This document shows positions 33,734-43,420 of a stretch of 64,000 nucleotides of DNA, piece after piece (within the stretch, counting starts at the first letter, position 1; every line of letters begins with the position of its first letter). A model generated the notes under the pieces. That model was not told where the DNA came from, did no database searches, and saw only the letters and a program-made list of their open reading frames with translations. Position numbers and translations under genes: made by a program. The stretch spans positions 21,447-85,446 of the forward strand of contig CAVXZB010000078.1 of the NCBI GenBank assembly GCA_963765895.1. The letters run 5' to 3'. This stretch comes from an uncultured Nitrososphaeraceae archaeon (lineage in GTDB: Archaea > Thermoproteota > Nitrososphaeria > Nitrososphaerales > Nitrososphaeraceae).

Positions 33734-34087
33734 TCAATGGAGGGATAGTAATTTTTCAGTTACATTTTCCATCGGATCAATATTATACTCTGCGTATACG
33801 ACAATATTATCATATTCATAATTAATTCTAAGTGATTTGAACACACTTCTAAACAAAGTGAACTTCTTTCCCTCCTCAGTAATTTCGTTCCTAGTCGATA
33901 TAAGAAGTCTCTTATCTAGAAGCCACTTAATTTTTCTATAAGCAGTAGTATGAGGAATATTGCACTCTCTAATCACTTCATTTACTGATCTCTCCCTAAC
34001 TAACGCGCAATCCAAAATCTTGACAATCTCCCGGTCAGCCAGCGCGGCTAATACGGACTGTCTTACTTGGGCACTCAGGAAGCTCAT
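33734..34087 (-). CDS. ArsR-like winged-helix regulator
   Basis: LAALAD....IL......S..E.....IP.TTAYRKI..L....LL.......GKK. Confidence 0.8.
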   Translation of the reverse strand: MSFLSAQVRQSVLAALADREIVKILDCALVRERSVNEVIRECNIPHTTAYRKIKWLLDKRLLISTRNEITEEGKKFTLFRSVFKSLRINYEYDNIVVYAEYNIDPMENVTEKLLSLH

Positions 34088-34562
34088 TCCGTCTCTATAA
34101 ATGTCTATATTAGAATATCTAACTTATTAACTTAATTATCAAGACTGGCTTAGCACATTAAAAATATGATCTGAAAATCTTATAGGAGGACAGTCATCAT
34201 ACTTGATATTACTAAATGCCTGTCAATGATGTCAATAGTATCTGATTGCCTAAGATAACACCTGGCGGCGACTTGATTTACAGTTAAAATTAGGAGATGA
34301 ATTGGTTATGGTGAGGAACCTAAATGCCCGTAATTTAGTATACTCATACAGGTTGGTGTGTCCAAGGTTTACAAATATGGAATATAGAAAGAGTTCTACT
34401 CATTATTGAATTCATCAGACATAATCAATATAAAGCCTATATTTAGTCTCAGATGGCAAATTCATAAAGTAGTCACAGCGATCAGGGGCTCTAACCAATG
34501 CAGGCGGAATCCTTGAAATTCCTAAATACTCAATTTTCAATTGTCCTCTATAAGCGATCTAC

Positions 34563-35166
34563 CTACGAATGAACAAATCTAATGCTTTTGTCTCCAGCTT
34601 TTCTCAAAAACTTTTTTATATCAACAATTATATCGCAGAATCTCTTCGAGGAACCCCCTTGAAATACACTATAATTTCTCAGATGTGGAATTTGTAGTGG
34701 TCGGGCAGAAATTAACCAGATGTTATCGATTTCAGGCTGAATCGATTTAAGCTGTGAAATTTTTTTTATACTCTCAGGCTCGCGGATGATAGCAATAACT
34801 ACTGCCTTCTGAGGATTTTTCATCAAGCATCGTACATTTGGAATAGCTAAATCGATTTTTAGCTTTTTATTAACCTCAATCTTTCTTGCAGAAGGCAAGG
34901 TCGAGGCAGTAAGCATGAAATGTAAAAGAGCCTCGCAGAGATCTCAGTACCAAATTATCAGCAATTTCGATTTTTGAGGTGTTTCGCAGCCTTGACAGGC
35001 AAGTGTCCATAATAATCTGTAGATATTTTCTTGAAGCTTGAAGATCGGAACTTACAAGGTCTTTTTGAATATTTTGTTTGCCAAGTTCATCTATTACACT
35101 ATATAGAGACTGTACAAGATCTACTTTAACTGACATCTTGTCTGGATCTATTGATGGTATATTCAC
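34563..35166 (-). CDS. Conserved hypothetical protein split by a frameshift near 34945
   Basis: ORFs 34876-35166 and 34563-34916 join via LCEALLHFMLTASTLPSARK. Confidence 0.6.
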
Positions 35167-35369
35167 GCATTAGCATATATGCATTATCCGGAAATATATT
35201 GGTAATACGCAGAATCGTTTAATTTAATGCTCATGGGTCACATTTACATAGGCAGGTTGATGCGACCTATATTGACCAATCGAACAAATATATGGTCTTA
35301 AAATTAAGAATGATTATGATTAGGAACCTAACTTTGGGTTATTTTTTGATTGCTAGGGAACGATAGCTC

Positions 35370-36122
35370 ATGGACATTGTAACCGATGAACTGCCCGCGG
35401 GTTCCTTATTCGACCAAATCCGTGCGAGAGTAAGAAAAACATTGAAAAATGGGGTCCAACTTGACATGTCAACCCAAGAAAGCAGGAAACTGTTGAGAAG
35501 ACACGTGAACTCGAAAACAAACTTCGTCTTCCTATTTGTAGATATCAATAATTCAACCCAAATGAGTCTCTCAATGCAAGAAGACAGGTTTGCTCTGTTG
35601 ATTCAGGTATTCGCTCAAGAGATAAGCGTTGTCGTTTCTGGTTACGGCGGATATGTGTTTAAATACGTAGGAGATGCAGTTATAGTGTTATTTCCAGCAG
35701 GGCACGATCCAAGTAAGGCTTGCGTCAATGCAATGAGCTGTTCTAAGACTATACTTGATATTATTCGAAACATCATATCCCCAATTTTTGAAGAAATGAG
35801 TTTACCTGATATTAAGGTAAGAATCGGCATCGATTATGGGGAAGTTTTGGTAGTTGTATATGGAAAGGATGTTCAAAAAGCGCATATCGACATCTTGGGT
35901 TCCGCAATTAACATAGCATCAAAAATTGCTTCTATAACCCAAGCTAATCAAATATTAGTGGGCGAGTCAGTTTATAATATATTAGGCCAATCAAAGAATG
36001 AGAGAATTTATCTCAATAATGTGGTACCTCTACGTGAGATAACGCTTGATACTGCTAAATGGAATTACCCTTCTTATCTGAACGTCGGGAGCGTCTACAG
36101 GGTGTATGAATATACTTGTTAA
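35370..36122 (+). CDS. Class III adenylate/guanylate cyclase
   Basis: FVDINNST, KYVGD, RIGIDYG, DILGSAINIASK; the K/D pair suggests ATP specificity. Confidence 0.9.
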   Translation: MDIVTDELPAGSLFDQIRARVRKTLKNGVQLDMSTQESRKLLRRHVNSKTNFVFLFVDINNSTQMSLSMQEDRFALLIQVFAQEISVVVSGYGGYVFKYVGDAVIVLFPAGHDPSKACVNAMSCSKTILDIIRNIISPIFEEMSLPDIKVRIGIDYGEVLVVVYGKDVQKAHIDILGSAINIASKIASITQANQILVGESVYNILGQSKNERIYLNNVVPLREITLDTAKWNYPSYLNVGSVYRVYEYTC

Positions 36123-36266
36123 AAAAAATTAGATGAACTATCCTGATGAAATATTGATGACGTATATATGGACAAGCAAAGTCGAGGCAATAATTAGTAG
36201 TCCTACAGGAGATCAAATTGGAAAATTCCTGAAAGGTCTTTATAGCGCAGACATAGATCTACAACA

Positions 36267-36473
36267 TTGCCAGTTCAGAAGAGCACTATGTTATTTTTAG
36301 TTATAATTGCAGGCTCAGCGGGTATATTCGGTTTATTTATGTCATCATTGCACTCCTCATTTTTTTTCCTTTTATTGTCAGTGCCTAATTTCGTAATTGC
36401 CTCCTTTTTTGGCTACAAGTATTACTCATTCAACAAAGCCTCGACGTACAAATCTACTCATCATGGTAAATAA
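36267..36473 (+). CDS. Small two-TM membrane protein
   Basis: Two hydrophobic segments. Confidence 0.45.
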   Translation: MPVQKSTMLFLVIIAGSAGIFGLFMSSLHSSFFFLLLSVPNFVIASFFGYKYYSFNKASTYKSTHHGK

Positions 36474-37204
36474 TTTTCTTTACCATGGAAACTCGAGCCG
36501 ATAATCAGGGACTACCTAATAGTCATAATTCTAATCAGCATGATTAATCAACCCTATCTATGGAATTAGGTTATGGTCGTAAGTAAGCTAGACCAGTCTA
36601 GGACAGTCTTTCTATTCATGTCTGGTTGAGAAAAAATTAATTTTAATTATATATTCCAGCCCCAGATAGGGGATGCCCAAGCAGGGAGATGAACTCAGAC
36701 ACACCTTACTTCTCTCTTTACGCAATCAGTTCTAGTGTCAGTCTTTAAATTAGGGGTTTCCAAAAACCTTTGAATATTATGCCTCAACTAGCTCTGAAAA
36801 TAAAGATCGCTTTATTTTCCATCTATGTCAAACAGAGCTATCTTTGATTTAACGTTTGTAGATCTGATTAGAATCTCCTCCTAGTTTGCTCTCTAACCAA
36901 ACCGTTTAGTAACCGTTTCCTAGCAGACAGCTGAGATACTATTTGCGATCATAACTCGATACTAGGTATCCAAATCAATAGCCCTTTTATCCCTCCTGTA
37001 CTGTTATATGATGAGTGAAAGTAATTACTAGGTAGTATTAAACGAGTTATAGTTGAATGACTCTCATTCTTGCTAACGCGGTCTAAGCCAGGTGGAAAAT
37101 TTTTCATGGATCCTCTTGACCAGGATCATTTATATATTAGGCGAATTTAAATAACAGGAATTTCTAGCCGATACATATTTTCCATTTCAAAAGATACATA
37201 GGAT

Positions 37205-37480
37205 TTAGGTTAAAGTAGGAGTCAACTTCTCCTTTCTCGCCATATATAATAAGACTAGACCAAATAACAAGAGGACTAGAGCAAGACCTTGGGCCCCGCC
37301 ATTAGGTATGGTGAGCAGGTAAATGATGGAAAATATAATACTTGCAACGGCCTGGATAGCGTACTTTAACGATTCAGCCAAATTTATTTTTCTTGCAATA
37401 TAACCTATCGCAAAGATTACTGCAGTAGGATAAATAGTAAGTAAAATGAATTCATCTATATCAATTCCATTGTGTGTCAA
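37205..37480 (-). CDS. Small 3-TM membrane protein
   Basis: Three TM segments, NGGAQG loop, basic tail. Confidence 0.65.
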   Translation of the reverse strand: MTHNGIDIDEFILLTIYPTAVIFAIGYIARKINLAESLKYAIQAVASIIFSIIYLLTIPNGGAQGLALVLLLFGLVLLYMARKEKLTPTLT

Positions 37481-37972
37481 TTTGGTACGAACTAAATAAC
37501 TAGTCGTATAATAAAATACTTTACTTTGATTAAATAAGTGGTATATGAACCAGCTTAATTATTTGAATTACTCTATCATAATGATAAACAAAGTCTATTA
37601 TCCATGTTTCATCAAACAGTAACAAAGGTATCATACGATTTTGTATTCGGCTAATTTTTAGAGTTAGGTAAATTCTCGGGATTGTATCATTCTTTACGTA
37701 TCTGTCAAGGCAGCAAAAAGAGGTAAAATGTTTTATATCGTCGAGCATAATAACACCAACTTAATTCAGTATTTCTGATTTTGTATCGGCCTGACGGTTT
37801 TCATGATGTGTAGTACAGCCTTAAAACACAAGTAAATGTAAATATAGATCATAATAAGCATTAAATGAATACTCAAGTGAATAATCTCTAAGATTCTATA
37901 AAATTTGTTGTAGCAGCTCCTCCCTCCCTCTCTGAAGCGGGTTATATGCTATAATAATTAGCAGAATGAACT

Positions 37973-38218
37973 TTGGATATGCAGAGGAAGAAACCCTCGG
38001 TATACGTCCGACTTGATACTTTCCAGGTAGAGGGAGTGAATGATATCGAAATGGAAAGAGGTCCAAGACTGATACACCGCCGGCTACAATGTCCTCGTTG
38101 TCATGTTATAATGACCTCATCGTCAGAATTTGATAGATTGGACTATTTATGCAAACAATGTAGTTTCTTAGTCCATCTACCCAGAAAATGGGCTGAAAAG
38201 TACCTTCGTTTACACTAG
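37973..38218 (+). CDS. Small zinc-ribbon protein
   Basis: CPRC...YLCKQC. Confidence 0.55.
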   Translation: MDMQRKKPSVYVRLDTFQVEGVNDIEMERGPRLIHRRLQCPRCHVIMTSSSEFDRLDYLCKQCSFLVHLPRKWAEKYLRLH

Positions 38219-39171
38219 TTTACATAAAAAGCACCACAGGAGAATTCGAAAGTACGCTTTAACTCCTCCAAAAGAGGCATATCAAATGATGGCTACAGAT
38301 TGGTTAGATAATGCAGCATGTTCATTCATCGGTGTAGGCAGTGGACATAACCGGATGGTTATGTCGCTACCTTGTTCTTTCATAAAATAAATGACCCCCG
38401 TGTGAAGCGAACAATTTTCTGTATACCATTGTATACATTAACTACGAATTAGTCATTTGAGTTGTCGCTATCAGGATTAGGGCACACGGGCTTCACGGCC
38501 ACGTCAGCTGGTAAAGAATCCTTCTAGAAGTTATATTAGATTTCGAATGATTAGCCCCATTAGTTCTCGTATTTCCGCATCTTTCAGATATTACTTCACG
38601 CATCGATTTGTCTGTTCCCTTTTTGTATCAGTCGTAGCCCGAGCACGGAATCAGTATAGTGAGGATCCCGTTCGAACAGCTAAATTAAAATGATGAATTA
38701 GTATTAAATCAAACGCCTGTATGGGTATGCGCTACTAGGATCCAAACCTGCCCTGCAGGGATATTCGTTGTTGTGACGTATTGTAATTCTTTAAATTGCG
38801 CCAGTAAATTCAATCTAACCTGTTAGATGTATCATCGTACTGCTACTTTCAGTTGGTGTTACCGCAACTTTCAAACGCATTAACCATAGGAATTTATACT
38901 TTGTCATCCCTGGATTAGCAATTTAAAGACAAGACGTAACATAGTAGGATTTCATACATCTAACTAATATCTATCAAGTTATTACTTTCACCATATATGG
39001 AAACTGTACTGATCTTACAAAATGTGATCTATAACAAATTGCGTAACGATTTGTATGCTTTATGCTCATCTCGCTGTATTTCCTACTATAAAGAGACCAA
39101 TTGGCAAATGTTACAAAAACAAATTATTTAGCTTTATAGATTACATCATAGGGTATTAGAATATGCTAAAT

Positions 39172-39690
39172 TCAATACTCAATATCAATTTCTATCGCTA
39201 TACCAGCCTCAATTAAAGAACGAGCATTTTCAAATGGCAATATTGTCACATCTTCACCAAGAAATGGCCCATAACGTATCATATCTACTCCCAAGAATTG
39301 CCCAAAGGGTTTGACAAATCTTATCGCCACTTTTTTTGAACGTATTTTCTCCGACAGCATCTCCATCATCAATGCCCTGCCTTTAAGCATACTTGACAGG
39401 ATGATATCTTGTCTTTTCTCATATTCGGTTTTTGCATCCAGAATGTATTTCTCCTCCTCTGTGAGTCTAGAATAGTCTAAAGTATGGGTCAATTTGGATG
39501 ATGAAACGTTGTTGCTAATAGAGTAAAAAATCTTGTTCCTACGGATATCAAACAATAGCTTACCGGCCAAGGAGATGAGTTCAATTAATCTGTCTGTAAC
39601 ATCTTTTTCCAAACCATCAGAAATATTATTCATCAGCCTCGCCAAACTTGTTGCAATCCTCCTGTAAGTATCGAGAGGAATTGCCTGCAA
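39172..39690 (-). CDS. GINS complex subunit (Gins51/Psf1-like, A-B domain order)
   Basis: R..KI in the helical A domain; C-terminal IRFVK...FLGVD...YGPF..EDV..LP.ENA..LI..G.A. Frame stays open about 90 bp upstream. Confidence 0.8.
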   Translation of the reverse strand: MQAIPLDTYRRIATSLARLMNNISDGLEKDVTDRLIELISLAGKLLFDIRRNKIFYSISNNVSSSKLTHTLDYSRLTEEEKYILDAKTEYEKRQDIILSSMLKGRALMMEMLSEKIRSKKVAIRFVKPFGQFLGVDMIRYGPFLGEDVTILPFENARSLIEAGIAIEIDIEY

Positions 39691-40457
39691 TTCATCAACT
39701 TGATGTTCCTTAATTACAAGGCTACAAACATCACCAAGTGTGAGTAGGACTTCGCCACCCCCCTTTTCGGTGTTTTGTTATTTGTTAAGTCTAATTTAAT
39801 TTCTCACCACTTGACTGACTATCTTACCTTTACCCGTAAATGTATATCACCTTATTAAAAGATTGAATTGCGAGCAATGTAAGCATGAATAGGCATATCC
39901 AAATAGCCTTGAACTAAAAGAAGTCACTCCGCATTCATTTTCATAAGTTATGAGTCATATATAAGATGGATTCGTGTATATTCGGTAGTCCTAAGAATAT
40001 ATGCGGATCAATATTCTCATTTCTTGACCTCAAGAACCTTCCAGAGAAACTGCCTATAATTATTTTGCGTTATTATTATTGTTATCATGATCAAAATATG
40101 CCATTGTGAGTACATCGTGTGCTTTCCAGGTACTCGCCGTCAAATGACGACATATGCCATCGGTCTGTTTAAAAATCTAAGAGTCGGGACTATAGACAAA
40201 TTTAACCAGTATGTTATGGATTTGGGGGAAAATCAATGTATCTGCGGATATACCTGTTAATTTCTAGAATTTTCTATCGTTTATATTTTGAACGTTAAGG
40301 ATTAAAATGAAGGTCGTCTAAATGATTCCTGGTTTCCGAAGTTGAACTGCTAGCAAGAACCGCAAATTCCAACTCGGGGTGCGATTAATAATTGTTAAGA
40401 AAGGGGGCAATTCTAAAGAAGTTATTGCGATTCAAATATTGCTCCGAATTGTGTACG

Positions 40458-40464
40458 TTTAAAA
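40458..40464 (+). promoter_or_regulatory. TATA box for tRNA-Pro
   Basis: TTTAAAA about 30 bp before the tRNA 5' end. Confidence 0.55.
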
Positions 40465-40489
40465 GAGGTATTATGAATTTCCTTATCGA

Positions 40490-40582
40490 GGGGCTATCGT
40501 CTAGCTTGGTCAAGGATACCATCTCTATTAGGGTATAGGCCTGGGGCGCTGGCGGTCGTGGGTTCGAATCCCACTGGCCCCA
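40490..40582 (+). tRNA. tRNA-Pro: tRNA-Pro(GGG) with a 17-nt intron at non-canonical position 29/30 (40522-40538)
   Basis: Acceptor GGGGCTA/TGGCCCC-A; anticodon stem CCA^GC/GCTGG around CT-GGG-GC; T arm GTGGG-TTCGAAT-CCCAC; CCA not encoded. Confidence 0.93.
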
Positions 40583-40631
40583 TACCAAACTTGTCATATT
40601 ATTAGGCACCACTATAATACATTATATAGGG

Positions 40632-41939
40632 ATGGCAGACACAACATTTGCGAATTCGGTAGCCCAGTCGCAAAGCGCCATATTAGATTCCTCTTCCAAT
40701 TATTACTCACTATTCAAGTTTTCTATTAGATCAGAAGTAACACGAAAATATTATGAAAGAAGAGTCAGATACTTCCTAGACTTCATCAAATTTGAAGTCG
40801 ATGAGGCCAATATGGAATATCGTTGTAATTCTTTTGCGCGTAAGGCAAATAATGAATTAAGATGGGTAATAGAGCATATAATAAAATTCTTGCAATTTCA
40901 GAAAACTAGAGTCGAAAATCGCGATATCACTGCTGCAACATTACGCAATTACGTAAAATCTCTAAAATCATTTTGTGAGATTTGTGAAATGACTATTCCT
41001 TGGAAGAAAATAACAAGAGGCTTACCCAGAGGAAGACAGTCATCAACCGACAGGGCACCCACAATTGATGAAATTCGTAAATTGCTTGACTACCCTGACA
41101 GAAGAATAAAACCAATTATTTTCATCATGATCTCTTCGGGTATTCGACTTGGCGCGTGGGATCTTTTACAGTGGGGAAATGTTGAGCCCATTCTGAACAA
41201 AAATGGTGGCATTGAGGGAGCAAAGTTATTGGTCTATGCTGGCGATGTAGAAGAATACTATGCCTTTATCACCCCTGAAGCATACGATTCACTAAAGGAC
41301 TGGATGGATTTTCGTCAAACCTATGGAGAAAAGATAACAACAAAATCGTGGCTAATGCGTGATTTATGGCAAACGACAAACATGAATTATGGTGCAAGGT
41401 GGGGTCTTGCAACCAACCCAAAAAGACTCAAAAGTAGTGGTATTAAGCGACTTCTGGAAAGAGCAATATGGGAGGAGGGAATTCGCCAGCCATTAAAAGA
41501 GGGCACGAAGCGTCATGAATGGAAAGCAGCGCATGGTTTTCGCAAATTTTATAAAACTAGAGCAGAGCAAGTTATGAAACCCATTAACGTAGAAATTACT
41601 ATGGGACATGATATTGGTGTATCGTCTTCCTATTATAAGCCGACTCAAAATGAGGTCTTAGAAGACTATTTGAAGGTAATTTCTTTACTTACGATAGACA
41701 ATGGTAATGTGCTTCAAAACCAGATAAAGGAATTAAATGAAAAAAGCAAGGGTAATGATTATTTAATCAACGCAAAACTTCAAGAAAAAGATGAACAAAT
41801 CAAGGTAATCACAGAACAGTTTTCTGAAATTAAGAACCAAATGGAATCGTTATTATCATCACTAAGTTCGATGAATGAAACTGAAAAATCCAATTTTGCA
41901 AAACAACTGTTTAAGGGCGGACTGTACAGAAGAGACTAA
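40632..41939 (+). CDS. int: Tyrosine recombinase / integrase
   Basis: SGIRLG (R), HGFRK (HxxR), MGH, SYY (Y); C-terminal coiled coil; 49 bp after the tRNA. Confidence 0.93.
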   Translation: MADTTFANSVAQSQSAILDSSSNYYSLFKFSIRSEVTRKYYERRVRYFLDFIKFEVDEANMEYRCNSFARKANNELRWVIEHIIKFLQFQKTRVENRDITAATLRNYVKSLKSFCEICEMTIPWKKITRGLPRGRQSSTDRAPTIDEIRKLLDYPDRRIKPIIFIMISSGIRLGAWDLLQWGNVEPILNKNGGIEGAKLLVYAGDVEEYYAFITPEAYDSLKDWMDFRQTYGEKITTKSWLMRDLWQTTNMNYGARWGLATNPKRLKSSGIKRLLERAIWEEGIRQPLKEGTKRHEWKAAHGFRKFYKTRAEQVMKPINVEITMGHDIGVSSSYYKPTQNEVLEDYLKVISLLTIDNGNVLQNQIKELNEKSKGNDYLINAKLQEKDEQIKVITEQFSEIKNQMESLLSSLSSMNETEKSNFAKQLFKGGLYRRD

Positions 41940-42688
41940 TTAAACAAGATATTTTCTGAAACTTCTGCTTTAATCTTTGATAACGACAATGAATGCATTC
42001 ATCAAATTTGCCAAATTTAAAAAATAGTACGCTCTCTCCACTCATGATGACAGTTTTTGTATAAACTACTATCCCGAGTATTATCTTTTACCCATTCCTT
42101 AAAATATTTTTTCTTGTCTTTTTCTAACATTTCAAACAGCCTTGGATAAACATTCATTAAAGATTCGGATAAATTATTAAGTTCGTTTTTGGCATTTGCC
42201 TGCGTGTTAGCATAAGAGGTTCTGAATGACCTTCGAAACTGGTAAAAGATATCCTGCCAAATGATACCGTGAAATATATTCCTTATTAATTCTTCAGTCT
42301 TGGCAAGTTCTATATCTTCGCCATAGGCAATACTACTTTCTATCATGACGTATGTTATCAACGCCCCTATCACATTAGCAAATCCAAAAAGGGAATTGCC
42401 AAGTGGATTTTTATTTTTGAATTTGAAGTCACTCGCGTTGGGTGCTAGGCTTATCATAATTTTCTTGCTTCCTATGTATTCTCTTAGGATGGAACCGATA
42501 TAATCAGGAATGAAGTAACTAAAAACAAAGTCGTCGTCAAATTCTGGGTAGTACATATTGTTTAACTTATAGATTTTATGTTCCGAAAATAACTCTTTTA
42601 AAATATTATGGACCGAGGGTTTAGTCAACTTAAGTTTCTCTATTATCTCTTTTTGTCTAGTACCTGCAGTCCAATTTTTTTTCAACAA
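41940..42688 (-). CDS. HTH-containing regulator with C-terminal CxH...CxxC, frameshifted near 42020
   Basis: RQKEIIEKLKLTKPSVHNILKEL helix-turn-helix; CHHEW continues in another frame as FGKFDECIHCRY. Both ends approximate. Confidence 0.6.
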
Positions 42689-42828
42689 TTCTAAAACTCT
42701 TGCTTTATTTAATTCTCCTCTTGGATGTGTATAACGACGCGGTTTTTCTCCCAGTTTACCTTTACCTTTTTACAAAAAAAGTAAAGGTTCTTGGCCATTT
42801 AAATTATGAATCTAACAAGTGTTAAAGT

Positions 42829-43041
42829 ATGCATAACACGCATAGGGAATTGACAACAATTTCTGTTTCACAGAAAAATTATCTGATTTTGAAGGAACTC
42901 GGAAACACTGGCGATTCGTTTAATGATGTACTGTCAAGGATATTAGAAGACATAATTTACTTAAAAGAAGATCAGAATTCTGATACCCAATATAATTCGC
43001 ACTCAAAGAAACCCAGAGGCAGCAAAACAAATGACAAATGA
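42829..43041 (+). CDS. Ribbon-helix-helix / antitoxin-like DNA-binding protein
   Basis: TTISVS..NY..LK.LG..GDSFNDVL.R; TTTAAAT about 25 bp upstream (leaderless). Confidence 0.8.
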   Translation: MHNTHRELTTISVSQKNYLILKELGNTGDSFNDVLSRILEDIIYLKEDQNSDTQYNSHSKKPRGSKTNDK

Positions 43042-43297
43042 CCATAATTATTTCACCCTCAATCGAAGATTAGAAAAATCAACAGGAGATATCTCTTGTT
43101 TAAAGATAGAGACTGTGAACAGGTGTCTAACAGATAATTGCAATGACTGTACCGGTTCGTATAGAAATGATTTGTTAAAATATAGAATAATTTGTCACTG
43201 TCAGTGTCATAAAAAAGAGCAGGCGTTAGAGGTGGCCCCAAATTCCGCAACTAACGCCAACACAGTAAAATCACATAAGGAAAGACGCCTTACATGA
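43031..43297 (+). CDS. Cys-rich zinc-binding protein
   Basis: C....C..C.G........ICHCQCH; overlaps the upstream gene. Confidence 0.7.
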   Translation: MTNDHNYFTLNRRLEKSTGDISCLKIETVNRCLTDNCNDCTGSYRNDLLKYRIICHCQCHKKEQALEVAPNSATNANTVKSHKERRLT

Positions 43298-43420
43298 CCA
43301 GTAATATATCTCTCGGTGAGTTAGATAAAGATTTTCGAATCGCTATGGAGTATACGAAGCAGAAAATATATTTTCAGAAGGCAAAGCGAAAGTCTTCCCT
43401 CCTGGGGGTCTTAATGGTTA

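Noticed and set aside
40385-40612. 75 aa ORF containing WDSNPRPP
   Set aside because: Antisense translation of the tRNA gene.
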